Below are positions 13,048-26,972 of a DNA stretch of 64,000 bases, one piece after another (position 1 is the first letter of the stretch; each line of letters opens with the position of its first letter). The position numbers were made by a program, and so were the translations under genes. Source of the DNA: Octopus sinensis (taxonomy: Eukaryota); the NCBI RefSeq assembly GCF_006345805.1, contig NC_042998.1, forward strand, positions 138,384,001 to 138,448,000. The letters are read 5' to 3'. Below the pieces are notes generated by a model. That model was given only the letters and a program-made list of their open reading frames with translations, searched no databases and was not told the DNA's origin.

Positions 13048-13960
13048 AACTACTGCTGCTGCTGCTGCTGCTGCTGCTTCAATACTACTACTACTACTAC
13101 TACTACTACTTTAGACTTTTCAAAAATCTTAAGCATCATTTAATGTGACTAGATATCAACGGTTTTACAGCCGACTTTTCACCTTTCACTGTCTTCAACA
13201 CCTCCTCCTTCTTCTCTTCCGGTTTTTCCTCTTTGCTTTCCTCTTTGCTTCTTTTTAATCGGTATGGTCATGCTCGCTCAAGATCATCATCATCATCATC
13301 AGATGCAATGGTCACCAGGATTAAGAGCACCAAAATCAACAGCAAGAACAGCAACAGCAACAACAACAAAAAACAGCACAGCAGCAGTAGTAAGGTCATC
13401 TGTTTTATTCATTTGATCCCATCAGTTACATTTAATATAACTGTATTAAAATCTTAACACTTCGTCCTTTGCTGCTGCTGTTGTTGCTGCTGCTGCTGCT
13501 GCTACTACTACTTCTACCACTACCACAACTATCACCACTACTACTACTACTACTACTACCACAACCATCACTACTACTACTACAACCGTCACCTCCACCA
13601 CCACCACCACCACCACCACTACTGCGACTACTACTACTACAACAATCACCACCACTACTACAACAACTACTACAACTACTACTACTACTACTACACATCA
13701 ACCATCACCACTACCACTACTACTACTACCACACACATCACCACCACTACTACTACTACTTTTTCTATTCTTCCGCTTCGTAAATTTTCAAATATGATCT
13801 TCATCATAATTATCACCACCTCCACCACCAACCTCATCATATCACCATCATCCTCATCAACATCATCATCATAATCTTCCTCATCAACATTACCATCACC
13901 ACTTTGATCGTGATCATAATTATCATGATCATCATCACCATCATCATCGTCGTCGTAGTC
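12955..13960. repeat. Trinucleotide microsatellite region (TAC, TGC, CAC, CAT)
   Basis: Direct inspection. Confidence 0.95.
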
Positions 13961-14159
13961 ATCTTTTTCCCCGCTGTCCACTATCTTTACTTCAATGTAC
14001 AGTGTCTTGGTCATCTACGTGGTCAAAACACGTACGATGTAACGATTATAGGGGAAATATAGATAGGAGGGGGGAAATAAGCAAGGGGGGTGAGTAAAAG
14101 AGAGGAAAGTGAATGAAAAAATTATCGTGGATAGATAGTTAAAAATAAAGTGGACTGTA

Positions 14160-14636
<477 letters not shown>

Positions 14637-15752
14637 ATGAAAAAGTGAAGGGAGGTGGAGAGTAAAGAATGGAAAAGCGAAGGACGGATAAAAAAAAAAC
14701 TAGACTGGTAGAGAGAGAAATGGGTGGATGGAAGACACAATAGAAAATTATAAATGTAAGTTATATTAAAATGACATCGGACGATTTAAGGGGTCTTAGA
14801 GGAAGGACAGCTAGAATGAGGATGTAAAGCGCGTTTAATAGTTAACAAGACGAAAAGGATTGAAAAATGGCATGAGTGTAAGATGTAGAATAGGGGAGGG
14901 CTATCAGTCAAACAACGTCTTTTGTTGTTTGGTTCTTGATCGAGTTTAAAGTCCTATTTTGACAGCTTGAAGACGCATCCTTTATCCAACAGGGGCTTCA
15001 CAAAACGGCCTTTAACTCTCACACGCCATCACCTATGCTGCTAGTTCTATGAAATCGTGGAAGAAATGGTCAACAACGCTTAATCCTTTGACACATGGAT
15101 TTACATAGAGCAAAGCCGGCATCTTTATATTTCGTCAAATGAAATCCTTCAGATTTTACTGGATTTTTCTGCCTAAGTAAAGAATAAAGAGGCTGCGCAG
15201 AAGAGCTCCTGATACGTCTTTATTTGTTGTTGCTGCTATTACAGTTCCATCATCAACTATGGCTATCCATCGTTTCCTGTCATACTTTTTAGTACACGTA
15301 CACGCACGCACACACCACACACACATACACACATACATACACGCACGTTATCTATCTATCGTGGCTTAGTGGTCAGGGTATTTGACTCACGATCGTAAAG
15401 TCGTGAGTTCGATTCCTTGAGCAAGACTCAGCTGGCAAAAAAACAAAAACAAAACACCTATAATTCAAAGTGCCAGCTTTGTGAATACTGTTTGATACCG
15501 AGTCTCCCTAACAACTACGTTAAGGGTACGTTGTCTGCGGAGTGCTCAGCCACTTGCACGTTCATTTCAAGAGCAGATTGCTCCGCTGATCGGATCAGCT
15601 GGAACCCTCGTCGTCGTAACCGGGACTTCCTACCACTATCCCATATCACTCTATTTCTCTCTGCTGTCTGTCTCAATCTTTCTGTCTCTCTTCTCTCTCT
15701 CTCTATATAATAATAACCTATATATATATATATATATATAGTATATATATAT

Positions 15753-15851
<99 letters not shown>

Positions 15852-15910
15852 GATATACTATATATATAATATTATATTACATATATATACTATATATATA
15901 CATATGCTTG

Positions 15911-16084
15911 CTGTGTGGTAAGAAGCTTGCTTCCGAACCCATATGGTTCCGAGTTCAGTCCCACTGGGTGGCCCCTTGAGGCAGGTTGTCTTCTACCATA
16001 GCCCCGAGCCCATCAAAGCCTTGTGAGTGATCTGGTAGACGGAACTGGAAGAAACCTGTCGTGTATATATATATATATACATAC

Positions 16085-16115
<31 letters not shown>

Positions 16116-16129
16116 ATATATATATATAA

Positions 16130-16181
<52 letters not shown>

Positions 16182-16448
16182 GAAATATTAAATTACTAAG
16201 TCTCTCTAAAAGAGAACAGCGGCAGCGTTCCCGGAAAATAATTGAAAAGGGGCAATACTCCGAAACGCGTCTGTAGCTGCCGGTCAAGTAGTGTGGAGCG
16301 ACTGACCTCCCTTGTTCGAAGGTTATATGGATACAGTTTGTGTATCAAATAGCTAACTTAAGGTGATGGCCTCATGGAGCTAAGAAGCGGACAGCTTTTT
16401 TCTTATTTTTATAAGAATGCCATATTAGTATGGCGATAACTATTATTT

Positions 16449-16481
<33 letters not shown>

Positions 16482-16725
16482 ATATATATATATATGTATA
16501 TATTTGTGTATGTTACTGTATTTGTTCCGCCACCATCGCTTGACAAGCGATGCTGGTGTGTTTATGTCCCCGTAACTTAGCGGTTCGGCGCAAAGAGACC
16601 GATAGAATAAGTACTAAGCTTGCAAAGAATAAATCCTGGGGTCGATTTCTTCGACTAACATTCTTTAAGTCGGTGCTCCAGCATAGTTGCAATCAAATGA
16701 CTGAAACAATTAAAAGAATAAGAGA
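15911..16725 (+). mobile_element. SINE S1 split by a family B insertion (16178-16447) in its central (TA)n
   Basis: S1 head at 15911-16062 and S1 tail at 16515-16725 in the same orientation; the family B sequence lies between TA tracts. Confidence 0.8.
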
Positions 16726-16887
16726 ATAATACGTATACACATATATATACATATATATAATATATACATATATATATATACATATATTATATAATATATA
16801 TATATATATAATATATATAATATATTATATATATATATATACTATATATATATATATATATTATATATATATATATATATATACCAC

Positions 16888-16922
<35 letters not shown>

Positions 16923-17611
16923 TATTATATCGATCGACCGGTCGATCTAGCTAGGCATCCTGACTCTTATCAGTTTTGAAACTTCGCGCGCGCGTAGACG
17001 AGTTGTTTAGATGCTGCACTAACGATCGCTAATTTCGATTCCTGCACCGGGCTCTGTGTTGTATTCTTGAGCAAAACACTTCAAATCATGTGGCTCTGCG
17101 ATCACTTCGATATATGCCATGTGACACATTGTGTACCTGTGTAGGCAATGTCGATTCGAAGGTGGGGGTGAGCTAATCTACATGGCAACATTTGATCACT
17201 GTAAACAAATCATCAGTGCATATTGTTCAACAAGGAGTTGCTTACCTATCGTTTACGACAGGACAATCTACATATACTCATGCAGATGCATATGTATTTA
17301 TGTATGTATGTATGTATTATGTATGTATGTATACGATGGTCTTCCACAGTTTCCGTCTAAGAAATTCAGTCACAAAGCATTGGTTGACCTGGTGATATAG
17401 TAGAAGACATTTGCCGAATGTGTAATACAGTGGTACTGAACCCGAAACCGCGGGGATGCAAAGCATGCTTCTGAACCATACTGCCACGCCAGGAAATTTG
17501 TTTGATTATTGGATCGTGGCCATGAAAAAAACATGTTGAAATACAATTGAAACATTCAGAACATACGCATTTACAATATCAATACAGTTTCTTTTAAATA
17601 TTAGTATCTTT

Positions 17612-18168
17612 GTCATGCCGTCATATTGCTGACCGCCTTCCACGCCAAGCCGCCCTTAACAAAATCATAAAGCACGACCTATTTGCCGCAGGTTTCCCTT
17701 TCCAACCCAAGCCAGCGGGGCTAGACCAAAGGGACGGTAAAAGGCCTGACTGTATAACAATTTTCTCGTTCCGTGACGGCAAGCCCCTCATCTGGGATGC
17801 CACATGATGTGATACCTTCTCCAGCGGCAACATGGTGTGGTCAGCTACCAGCCCACACTCTGCTGCTCGTCAGGCTGAGAAAAGAAAACTATCGAAGTAT
17901 CAATCGCTCTGACAGGTTTGTGGTCGAACCTGTGGCAATGGTGACCTCCAGCGTTCTTGGTCCCTGGACCACAACCCTGCTCAGCGCCATCTGGGTGGAG
18001 ATTGTTGTCATCATGTGCGAGCCCGTGAATCACAATGGATGTTCAAGTGCATCTCCCTCACCATCCTCCGAAGCAACGCCTTTTCAATTTTGTCTGCTGG
18101 GACCGTGAGGCTATCTGAATTACAGAAAATCGAGAGAATGTAAGAATTTCCTATCTTACTACACGAAC
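17612..18168 (+). mobile_element. CRE-like non-LTR retrotransposon 3' fragment (restriction-like endonuclease), followed by (AAT)n
   Basis: RQAALNKII...GKRPDCITIFSFRDGKPLIWDAT matches the RH/N...KRPDG...WD.T pattern of RLE domains. The sequence is frameshifted; (AAT)n at 18169-18235. Confidence 0.75.
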
Positions 18169-18235
<67 letters not shown>

Positions 18236-18629
18236 TCACCTCCGAAAAATAGTTACTAGAATAAAATACACCGAAATATTAACCATGTAGATAGAGAAAG
18301 AAAGTTACCTTTTGCTTTTGTTCTTCCAATCTTTGGTTTATATTTGTTCAAACATTTCTTTCAATTATATAAATGAAATAGGAGCTAGGCGCATATCGAC
18401 CGTATCATTGCGTGTTATTGGATTTGTTTAAAATTACTTGCTTTTTTTGTATTTATTTATTCCTCTTATTTCTCTTTAAGAAAAATATGCCATGTCCTTT
18501 TGATATGTATTTGATTGGTGATTTCATTTAAATCACTAGCAAATATACTTAACAATAGAATGTGTGAATTCTTAGATAACTCTTTTTGTGAGTGACATTG
18601 TATATCACATATATACACACATACATATA

Positions 18630-19020
18630 TATTCTCTATTACTCTTTTATTTGTTTCAGTCATTTGACTGCGGCCATGCTGAAGTAGCGCCTTTAGTCGA
18701 ACAAATCGACCCCAGAACTCATTCTTTGTAAGCCTACTACTTATTTCATTGGTCTCCATTGCCGAACCGCTAAGTTACGGGGACGTAAACACACCAGCAT
18801 CGGTTGTCAAGTGATGATGGGGGGACAAACACAAACACTCAAACACACACACACACACACACACACTATTATATATATATTTATATATATATACGACGGG
18901 CTTCTTTCAGTTTCCGTCTACCAAGTCCACTGGCAAAACTTTGGTCGGCCTGAGGCTATCGTAGAAGACATTTGCCCAGGGTGCCACGTGGTAGGTAAGC
19001 AAACCACTAACCACACAGCC
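18630..19020 (-). mobile_element. SINE S1, near full length
   Basis: Reverse complement of the S1 head and tail with a central CA/TA tract. Confidence 0.8.
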
Positions 19021-19141
19021 ACCCCTCTCTCTCTATAAATATATATGTGTGTGTGTATGCGTGTGTGTTTGTGTGGTATGTTTTGTGTATATATATATTA
19101 TATATATATATATATTATATATATATATATATTATGTATAA

Positions 19142-19365
19142 GGCGCATGGCTCAGTGGTTAGAGCGTCGAGCTTACGATCGTGAGGTTGTGAGCTCGAAT
19201 CCCGGACCGGGCTGCGTGTTGTGTTCTTGAGCAAGGCACTTTATTTCACGTTGCTCCAGTTCACTCAGCTGTAGAAATGAGTTGCGACGTCACTGGGCCA
19301 GTTGTATCGACCTTTGTCTTTCCCTTGGATAACCACTGGTGGCGTGGAGAGGGGAGGCTGTTATG
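19142..19365 (+). mobile_element. tRNA-derived SINE family S3
   Basis: A box TGGCTCAGTGG, B box GCTCGAATCC, then the gtgttcttgagcaaggcactt core shared with 17060 and 15400. Confidence 0.8.
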
Positions 19366-19384
19366 CATATAGTATATATATACT

Positions 19385-19602
19385 TATTTTAAGCAGCAGA
19401 AAATTCAACAAAATCTGTTACTCTGAGTTTCTCGTTGCCGTTCATCAGACAGTTTTTGCTGATTCTAGATTCTAGATTCAACGAGAAACTCAGAGTAACA
19501 GATTTTGTTGAATTTTCTGCTGCTTAAAATAAAGCATATTACTCTACCACTGGTATTTGAGTACTCTTTTTTCCACCTGTTTCACATTTATGTGTTTACT
19601 CC

Positions 19603-19606
<4 letters not shown>
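19385..19606. mobile_element. HHR-bearing element family C with a 53 bp inverted duplication
   Basis: Arms 19385-19437 and 19479-19531 are reverse complements; both ends lie in TA-rich sequence. Confidence 0.8.
19415..19452 (-). ncRNA. Type I hammerhead ribozyme, family C
   Basis: CUGU-CUGAUGA-A CG GCAA CG A-GAAA-CUC A GAG-UA-ACAG, with a GNRA loop on stem II and a near-palindromic stem III. Confidence 0.75.
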
Positions 19607-19679
<73 letters not shown>

Positions 19680-21301
19680 TATATATAATACATATATATA
19701 TATACATATATATATATACATCTATATATATAATACACACACACGCACGTATATACAATAAAATATACATATATATATAAACATGCCTATATACATATAT
19801 ATGTAATATATATGCACATATATGTATGTAAATGTGCGCGTGCGCGTGCGTATGTGTGCTACAAAATTATACCTTTCAAATTATCTGTTTCTTCTTCAAG
19901 CAATCGCAACCATGATGCATTTCATGAGAACGCGTCAGGAATCACCACACCTTTACCCCTATTAGCTTTGTAAGTGATTCAATCTCATGTCGTGTGTCTT
20001 TACCAGTAATACCAATGCAGCTGAGTGGTCTATGTTGTCTGTTAGGCTGTAAACGTTTCCATTGTATAAGATCCTACATGGCCAGTGTTCAGCAAGATAG
20101 TAGAGGCCAAAACAAAGTCTACACAACATTGAGCAACAATAGTAAAGCTGAGTCAAATGTGTCCACCTCACACCTTAGATACTTGATAGGATTTCGATGC
20201 AGTGATGTTAAGGCGGTAGTATCTTTCCCACATGCATATATACATAACTAATAAAATGGCTGCAATTAAGAATCGAAATGAAGTTGTTGTTATGGTTCAA
20301 TGGCAGTTAACCTTTATTCTACCATATTTACTATTTCCGTGTCAAAAGACGGTAATATATTCACAACACTATTGGGGTGGAAGCAGTTAGTTATTTGATT
20401 TGTGCTTCAATGAAGAAAGCTATCAATATATTTCGGCGATAATCGACAATAGAATACATTCGATTATCAGTAACCAGGAAAACAGTTAGCAATAAAATAA
20501 CATTTAAGAATTTTTGAGAGGACTAATTTGAGATAAGATATTTGTAGGAAAATTTCTCTGACTGTTCTCTTCCATCAATTCTTGAAAGAAGTAAAGTTTC
20601 TGAGACGAAGACGCCAAATCATAACGACATTGACGAAAACTATTTGATTGACTGGGGAATTGGCAAAAGAATAAGATGTATCATTGTAGAGAAAACTTTT
20701 GGCAGATACAATGTTTTTTTCTTTTTTTTTTTTGTCTCTGTTGATTTCAAGTATAAGAGTCACAGCTGTTCGAGGCAATAGAGTGCCGACCAAATGGTCG
20801 AACGAAATGTTGGTCCTCTGGAGTACACAGGGAACTGTGCCTTGTCCATGACAAACTGCTTTATAAGACTTGGTTCATCTGTAAGGAGCTGAAGTGCTAT
20901 TAGTGATGACTGTGAAGCTCGCTAGCTGTCCTTCTCGTAAATTCATGATTGACTGGTGTCCTTTCAAAATGTACAGAATGCAGCAACAGAATGGTGAGAC
21001 AGCGTGTTATGATGTACCTTGCTCAAGGATACATTCTGCTACTGCGCTACTTCAAGGAATCGAACTCACGAGCCTATGGTCGTGAGCCCAACACCCTAAC
21101 AAATGGGTCACGTGCCATCGCTATAGTAGTAGTAGTCGGCAGCAGCAGCGGTTGTGGAGCGGCGGTGGCGGCGGAGCGGCAGTGGTGGTAGTGGTAAATA
21201 AAGAGAAAATAAGACAAAGAGGATGACAACAACACTATTTGAACTAATTTGAACACCACACCGAAAACAGAAAGAAAAGCAAGAAAAACACATAATACTA
21301 C

Positions 21302-21354
<53 letters not shown>

Positions 21355-22430
21355 TCCAACGATGACACATCAGTCAATAATAAAGAGATGCTTAATTACA
21401 CATCGGCTTTCAATAGATATGTCTGTATTTCTCTTTCGACATTAATCTGTCGGTAAACATCAAAAAAGCCACACTATAAAAAATTCTTTGAATAATATTG
21501 CTTAAGAAAACGTACTGAATAATTTGTCTGGTAATAGAAAGTTCTTTCTATTTTATTTTAGGAGGTTAGTTCTAAAGATAAAAATCATAAAATCCAAGAA
21601 AATGGAGGAACCTAACGCGATTTCAATCTTTTGTTGAAGCCGGGGGGAAATAGCACTGAAATTTCCAAGATGCCAGACTGTGGAATAAAATGTTTTACAG
21701 AAATATTTAATTATGTCCTAATTAAGACCTGGGTATGATTTTAAACTGCATCTAGTAGTGGGGCTTTAATTCGTGAGTTCTAGGGTTTAGGGAAGTGTGA
21801 AGCCACCTCTTAGCCACTATTAATCCCAGGTCCACTCTGACCCAGAGTAGTAGCATCTATCAGGGTCCCAGTTAAGGGTTAATTTGCATGTTATGGAAGA
21901 AACTCCAAGCGCAAATCCTCACAGCCTTATGAGTGCCATTGCAAAGAAAATGCTAGAGGAGTCGACCGCGATAGCAAGTCAAGAGTAGAGTCTCTTTCAC
22001 ACCGTTCCGGCAATTCCAGAATAAGTCGAGCCCTCCGGCCCTGTAAGGCAATTCACCCAGGAGGCCACACCACTGTAAAATCTACAGTTTATTGGTCACC
22101 GCCACAGTCTTAACCCGATGAGCCACTACAGTCAGACCTCCAAGTCTAAAGAGTGGAATCGGATAACGCGGACTAGCTCCCACTTTAAACTTACTAATCG
22201 CAGGCAAGGAGAGGAACCATGTAGGGTTAAGGATCAGTTTACTTAGCCACTTAAAGGCATACCGCTCTTCTTCATAATCTTCAGACTCGAAGGAACTGTC
22301 ATCACAATGAGGTTATGAAATCACGCCTTACTAGAGTCAGCTTTGATTTTTATCACTCTGGGATGAGTGACCAAAATATATAGTGTAGGCCTACATAATA
22401 GACACCGATATACTTTTCACCTACATTCTT

Positions 22431-22490
<60 letters not shown>

Positions 22491-22492
<2 letters not shown>

Positions 22493-22688
22493 TCCCGGGT
22501 TGATTCGGGTTAAAACCACAGTAAATAAGGTACTCAATACATAGTAGAGTAAAATTAATTTATTATATAGAGAGCTTCTACAGGACTAGAACTGTTCATT
22601 CAAGGGAAATCTTCGGGAAGCTTCCTGAAGATTTCTCTTGAATGAAACAGTTCTAGTCCTGTAGAAGCTCCTTCTATATAATAAATAT
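22491..22688. mobile_element. Family A head-to-head palindrome with two overlapping HHRs
   Basis: Centre ggaagcttcc at 22616-22625. The plus HHR at 22619-22669 is intact; the minus copy at 22573-22622 is degenerate (CCGAAGA, GAAC). Confidence 0.85.
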
Positions 22689-22751
22689 ATAATATATATA
22701 TATATTATATATATATATATATTATATATATATATATATGTATATATATAT

Positions 22752-24425
22752 ACATTATAAAAAGGGCTTAGTAAAAAAATTACTTTGCCACATACTGAAC
22801 TCATTAAAATAGTAGCCAAAAAAAAACTTTTTAAAACTATTTCTAATACTTAAAGAAAATCTCTCTCATATAGTGGTTGCTCATTCAACTCACACCAGAA
22901 ATATGGGGGTAAAGACATTAAAAAATCAAATGCAAAGGTTATTTGAGAACGTACGTTTCTAGATTAGTCAACTCGACATTTCTATCATCAGCTCAGAACT
23001 CCTTGTTTGGATTTGAAAACACTGAAAGTGGGAGCATACCTTTCGGCTTCTTATCGCTTCTGAAGATCTGCTCGAAACTAACAGTGGCCAGCAAACCCAA
23101 AATATGCAAAATATTTCTTTAAGTATTAGAAATAGTTTTAAAAAGTTTTTTTGGCTACGATCTTTCTAATGAGTTCAGTATGTGGCAAGTAATTATTTTA
23201 CTAAGCCCTTTTATATAATGTAATAATTTGAATTCGCCTTAAATGGTCCCTTTGCATACTGATACTTGGTGAAATTGATTATAATTAATAATTTACCTTC
23301 AATTGTTGAAATTATAATTCATCTCTCTCTATTTAATGCTTCGGATTTTACCGAAAAAGCATAGTGTTTACTGATTTTAACCCACGCTGGTGGAAAGGGG
23401 AGAGCAGAAATTCTTCGCTTGCATATTTTGGGTTTGCTGGCACTGTTAGTTTCGAGCAGAACTTCAGAAGCGATAAGAAGCCGAAAGGGTATGCTCCCAC
23501 TTTCAGTGTTTTCAAATCCAAACCAAGGAGTCTGAGCTGATGATAGAAATGTCGAGTTGACTAATCTAGAACGTACGTTCTCAAATAACCTTTGCATTTG
23601 ATTTTTTAATGTCTTTACCCCCATACTTTCGTGAGTTGAATTGAGCAAACACTATATGAGAGAGATTTTCTGTAAGTATTAGAAATAGTTTTAAAAAGTT
23701 TTTTTTGGCTACTATTTCTAATGAGTTCAGTATGTGGCAAAGTAATTTATTTTACTAAGCCTTTTATATAATGTAATAATTTGAATTCGCCTTAAATGGT
23801 CCCTTTGCATACTGAATACTTGGGAAATTGATTAATAATTAATTAATTTTACCCTCAATTGTTGAAATTATAATTATCTCTCTCTATTTAATGCTTCGGA
23901 TTTTACCGAAAAAGCATAGTGTTTACTGATTTTAACCCACGCTGGTGGAAAGGGGAGAGCAGAAATTCTTCGCTTGCATATTTTGGGTTTGCTGGCACTG
24001 TTAGTTTCGAGCAGATCTTCAGAAGCGATTTAAGAAGCCGAAAGGGTATGCTCCCACTTTCAGTGTTTTCAAATCCAAACCAAGGAGTTCTGAGCTGATG
24101 ATAGAATGTCGAGTTGACTAATCTAGAAACGTACGTTCTCAAATAACCTTTGCATTTGATTTTTTAATGTCTTTACCCCCATACTTTCGTGAGTTGAATT
24201 GAGCAAACACTATATGAGAGAGATTTTCTTTAAGTATTAGAAATAGTTTTAAAAAGTTTTTGTGGCTACTATTTCTAATGAGTTCAGTATGTGGCAAAGT
24301 AATTTATTTTACTAAGCCCTTTTATATAATGTAATAATTTGAATTCGCCTTAAATGGTCCCTTTGCATACTGAAACTTGGTGAAATTGATTAATATTAAT
24401 AATGTTACCCTCAATTGTTGAAATG
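22752..24425. mobile_element. HHR-bearing element family D: ~555 bp tandem unit plus an inverted partial copy
   Basis: Marker ctaagcc at 23201, 23755 and 24312; inverted copy at 22752-23118; both ends lie in (TA)n. Confidence 0.9.
24092..24140 (+). ncRNA. Type I hammerhead ribozyme, family D
   Basis: GAG-CUGAUGA-UAGA..GUC/GAC..UCUA-GAAA-CGUACG-UU-CUC. Also intact at 22945-22994(-); one A is missing from GAAA at 23534-23582(+). Confidence 0.8.
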
Positions 24426-24639
24426 TTTTTATATATATATATGTATATATATATATATTATATATATATATACATATAATATACATATACATATATATAT
24501 GTATATATATTATATATGTACATATTTGTATATATGTATATATATTATATATGTACATATATGTATGTCTATTGAGACTTACATATATGTACATATATAA
24601 ATATATATACACATATATATATATGTATATGTATATACA

Positions 24640-24701
<62 letters not shown>

Positions 24702-25204
24702 TACATACATACTCACAGACAGACAGACTATGAATTTATATTCCTACCAATAATAATTGGAGCTCTAAGTTTTGTGAGTAAATGCTTAAAGGAGAAGCTG
24801 GATAAACTGGGATTTTCAGAAAAAGAAAGCGACAGGCTAATTCGCACATTACAAGTGCAATCTGCGAGTGGAACAGTAAAAATATGCAAGACTTTTCTTA
24901 AGTTCCAGATGTGAATTTGTCCGTATGAACTACATCCCAAAAATGGAGCCTTGTATCTTTGTTGGGAACCGGCTCCCTCCTCAGTGGAAGATTTATAATA
25001 ATCAAAAAATAGAATAGACATACATACATACATACATACATACATACATACATACATACATACATACATACTACACATATAGCATGTATGGCATGTCGAT
25101 TTTGAGATTATCCCCCTTTCTCGAAAAGAACTCTTTGATTCTTAAGATTATCTTCTTTTCTCAAAGATTATCTCCTTTTCTTAATTGTCAATTAATAGTT
25201 AAGG

Positions 25205-25430
25205 TACATCAAAGTGGCAAGCTGGCAGAATCCTTACCGTGCCAGGCAAAATACTTAGCGGCATTTCGTCCGTTTTTGTGTTCTGAGTTCAAATTCCACC
25301 GAGATCGACCTTGCCTTTCTTTCTGTCGAGGTCGATAAGATAAGCACCAGTTGAACACTAGGGTCGATGTAATCGACTTACCCTCTCCCCCAAAGTTGCT
25401 GGATATGTACCAAGATTTGAGACTGATAAT
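25205..25430 (+). mobile_element. SINE S2; representative of more than 15 copies (e.g. 33475-33690, 35690-35900, 55610-55815, 57115-57330)
   Basis: caagctggcagaatc...gagttcaaattcc...gtcgatgtaatcgact. Confidence 0.8.
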
Positions 25431-25730
25431 TAGGGTACATCCTCTAGAAATGAAAATAATTTTAATAAATCATGAATTTATGTTGTATGGTATTTGATAT
25501 AGCTGTATTTGTCTGTGTTGCTCAAATACATACCAGTGGTATGTATTTGAATAACACGTCACTGATCAATTTGAGTTATTTCTCTTAGCTCATTTTTGTT
25601 TATAGAGATATACCAGGAGTGCGAATATGGTCGCATCTCAAGTTTGATAATATGCCAGTACATCTCTCAAACGTCGCTTCCACAACTACTAGTCATCCTT
25701 TTCTGATATATATTTTATTAATCAACTATG

Positions 25731-25766
<36 letters not shown>

Positions 25767-26094
25767 TGTATGTATGTATGTATGCATGCATGTATGTACA
25801 CACACACACACACACACTGTTTTTGTTACCACTTTCACCCCTCCGCAAAAAAATTTCAAATCTTATTTAATTTGCTTTGCGGGAAGGATTGTTTCAACTA
25901 AGTCGTGTCTCGCCTTTACCTTCGAAACGCGGAGTAGATGAAACAGAGGCGGCTGAAGAAGGGGAATGTTCCTTGTATTGTATGTCTTGTACTCTATTTT
26001 TTCGTTGTTTAAGAAAAATGTCCATTTCCTTGGGTTTTTTTATGTTTTCGTTTCACATTGTGTTCGACGGGTTTTTTTTTTCTTTGGTGTCCTG

Positions 26095-26480
26095 TATAGG
26101 AAGCACTCCGTCGGTTACGACGATGAGGGTTCCGGTTGATCCGAATCAACGGAACAGCCTGTTCGTGAAATTAACGTGTAAGTGGCTGAGCACTCCACAG
26201 ACACGTGCACCCTTAACGTAGTTCTCGGGGATATTCAGCGTGACACGAAGAGTGACAAGGCCGGCCCCTTGAATACAGGTAACACAGAACAGGAAGTAAG
26301 AGTGAGAGAAAGTTGTGGTGAAAGAGTACAGCAGGGATCACCACCATCCCCTGCCGGAGCCTCGTGGAGCTTTTAGGTGTTTTCCTTCAATAAACACTCA
26401 CAACGCTCGGTCTGGGAATCGAAACCGCGATCCTATGACCGCGAGTCCGCTGCCCTAACCACTGGGCCATTGCGCCTCCA
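26095..26480 (-). mobile_element. tRNA(Arg)-like SINE S3, near full length
   Basis: Minus-strand head GGAGGCGCAATGGCCCAGTGGTTAGGGC..CTCGCGG..GGTTTCGATTCC; the body is shared with 15520-15620 and 54520-54700. Confidence 0.8.
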
Positions 26481-26684
26481 TATATGCATGTACCCATATA
26501 TATATATGTATATATGTACCCATATATGCATGTATATATACATATATATATATGTACCCATATATGCATGTATATATACATATAGATGTAGGTACGTACA
26601 TATATATATGTATATATGCATATGTTTTTTTTAAATTTTGTTATTATATGATAGAACGCCACGCATACACTTCTAAGTAAGTTT

Positions 26685-26716
<32 letters not shown>

Positions 26717-26935
26717 ATATATATATATGTACCGTTTTATTAGGTACAATATGTGTGTCTGTGTGCATAAGGAACAATGTATACATACATATATATCGAT
26801 ACATACATACATATATTATATGTACAGAATGCAAGAGGTGTCCACACTTGATATTATTTGCTTGACACACAAGGAATAATGGAAAGAGTATATGAGTGTA
26901 TATATATATATAATATATATAAATATATTATACAT

Positions 26936-26972
<37 letters not shown>

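Noticed and set aside
19142-19213. Possible tRNA genes here, at 2137-2206 and at 26405-26480
   Set aside because: The acceptor stems do not pair, and each continues into or resembles SINE sequence.
23056-23090. Second CTGAAGA..GAAAC motif on the opposite strand of the family D unit
   Set aside because: There is no stem I pairing, and the cleavage position would be G.
23319-24142. Repeated ORFs MGVKTLKNQ... and FGFENTESGSIPF
   Set aside because: They are antisense to the family D ribozyme, their frames differ between tandem copies, and they contain no recognisable domain.
25921-25980. GAAACGCG and CTGAAGA motifs close together
   Set aside because: The order and spacing do not form a HHR; no GAAA follows the hairpin.
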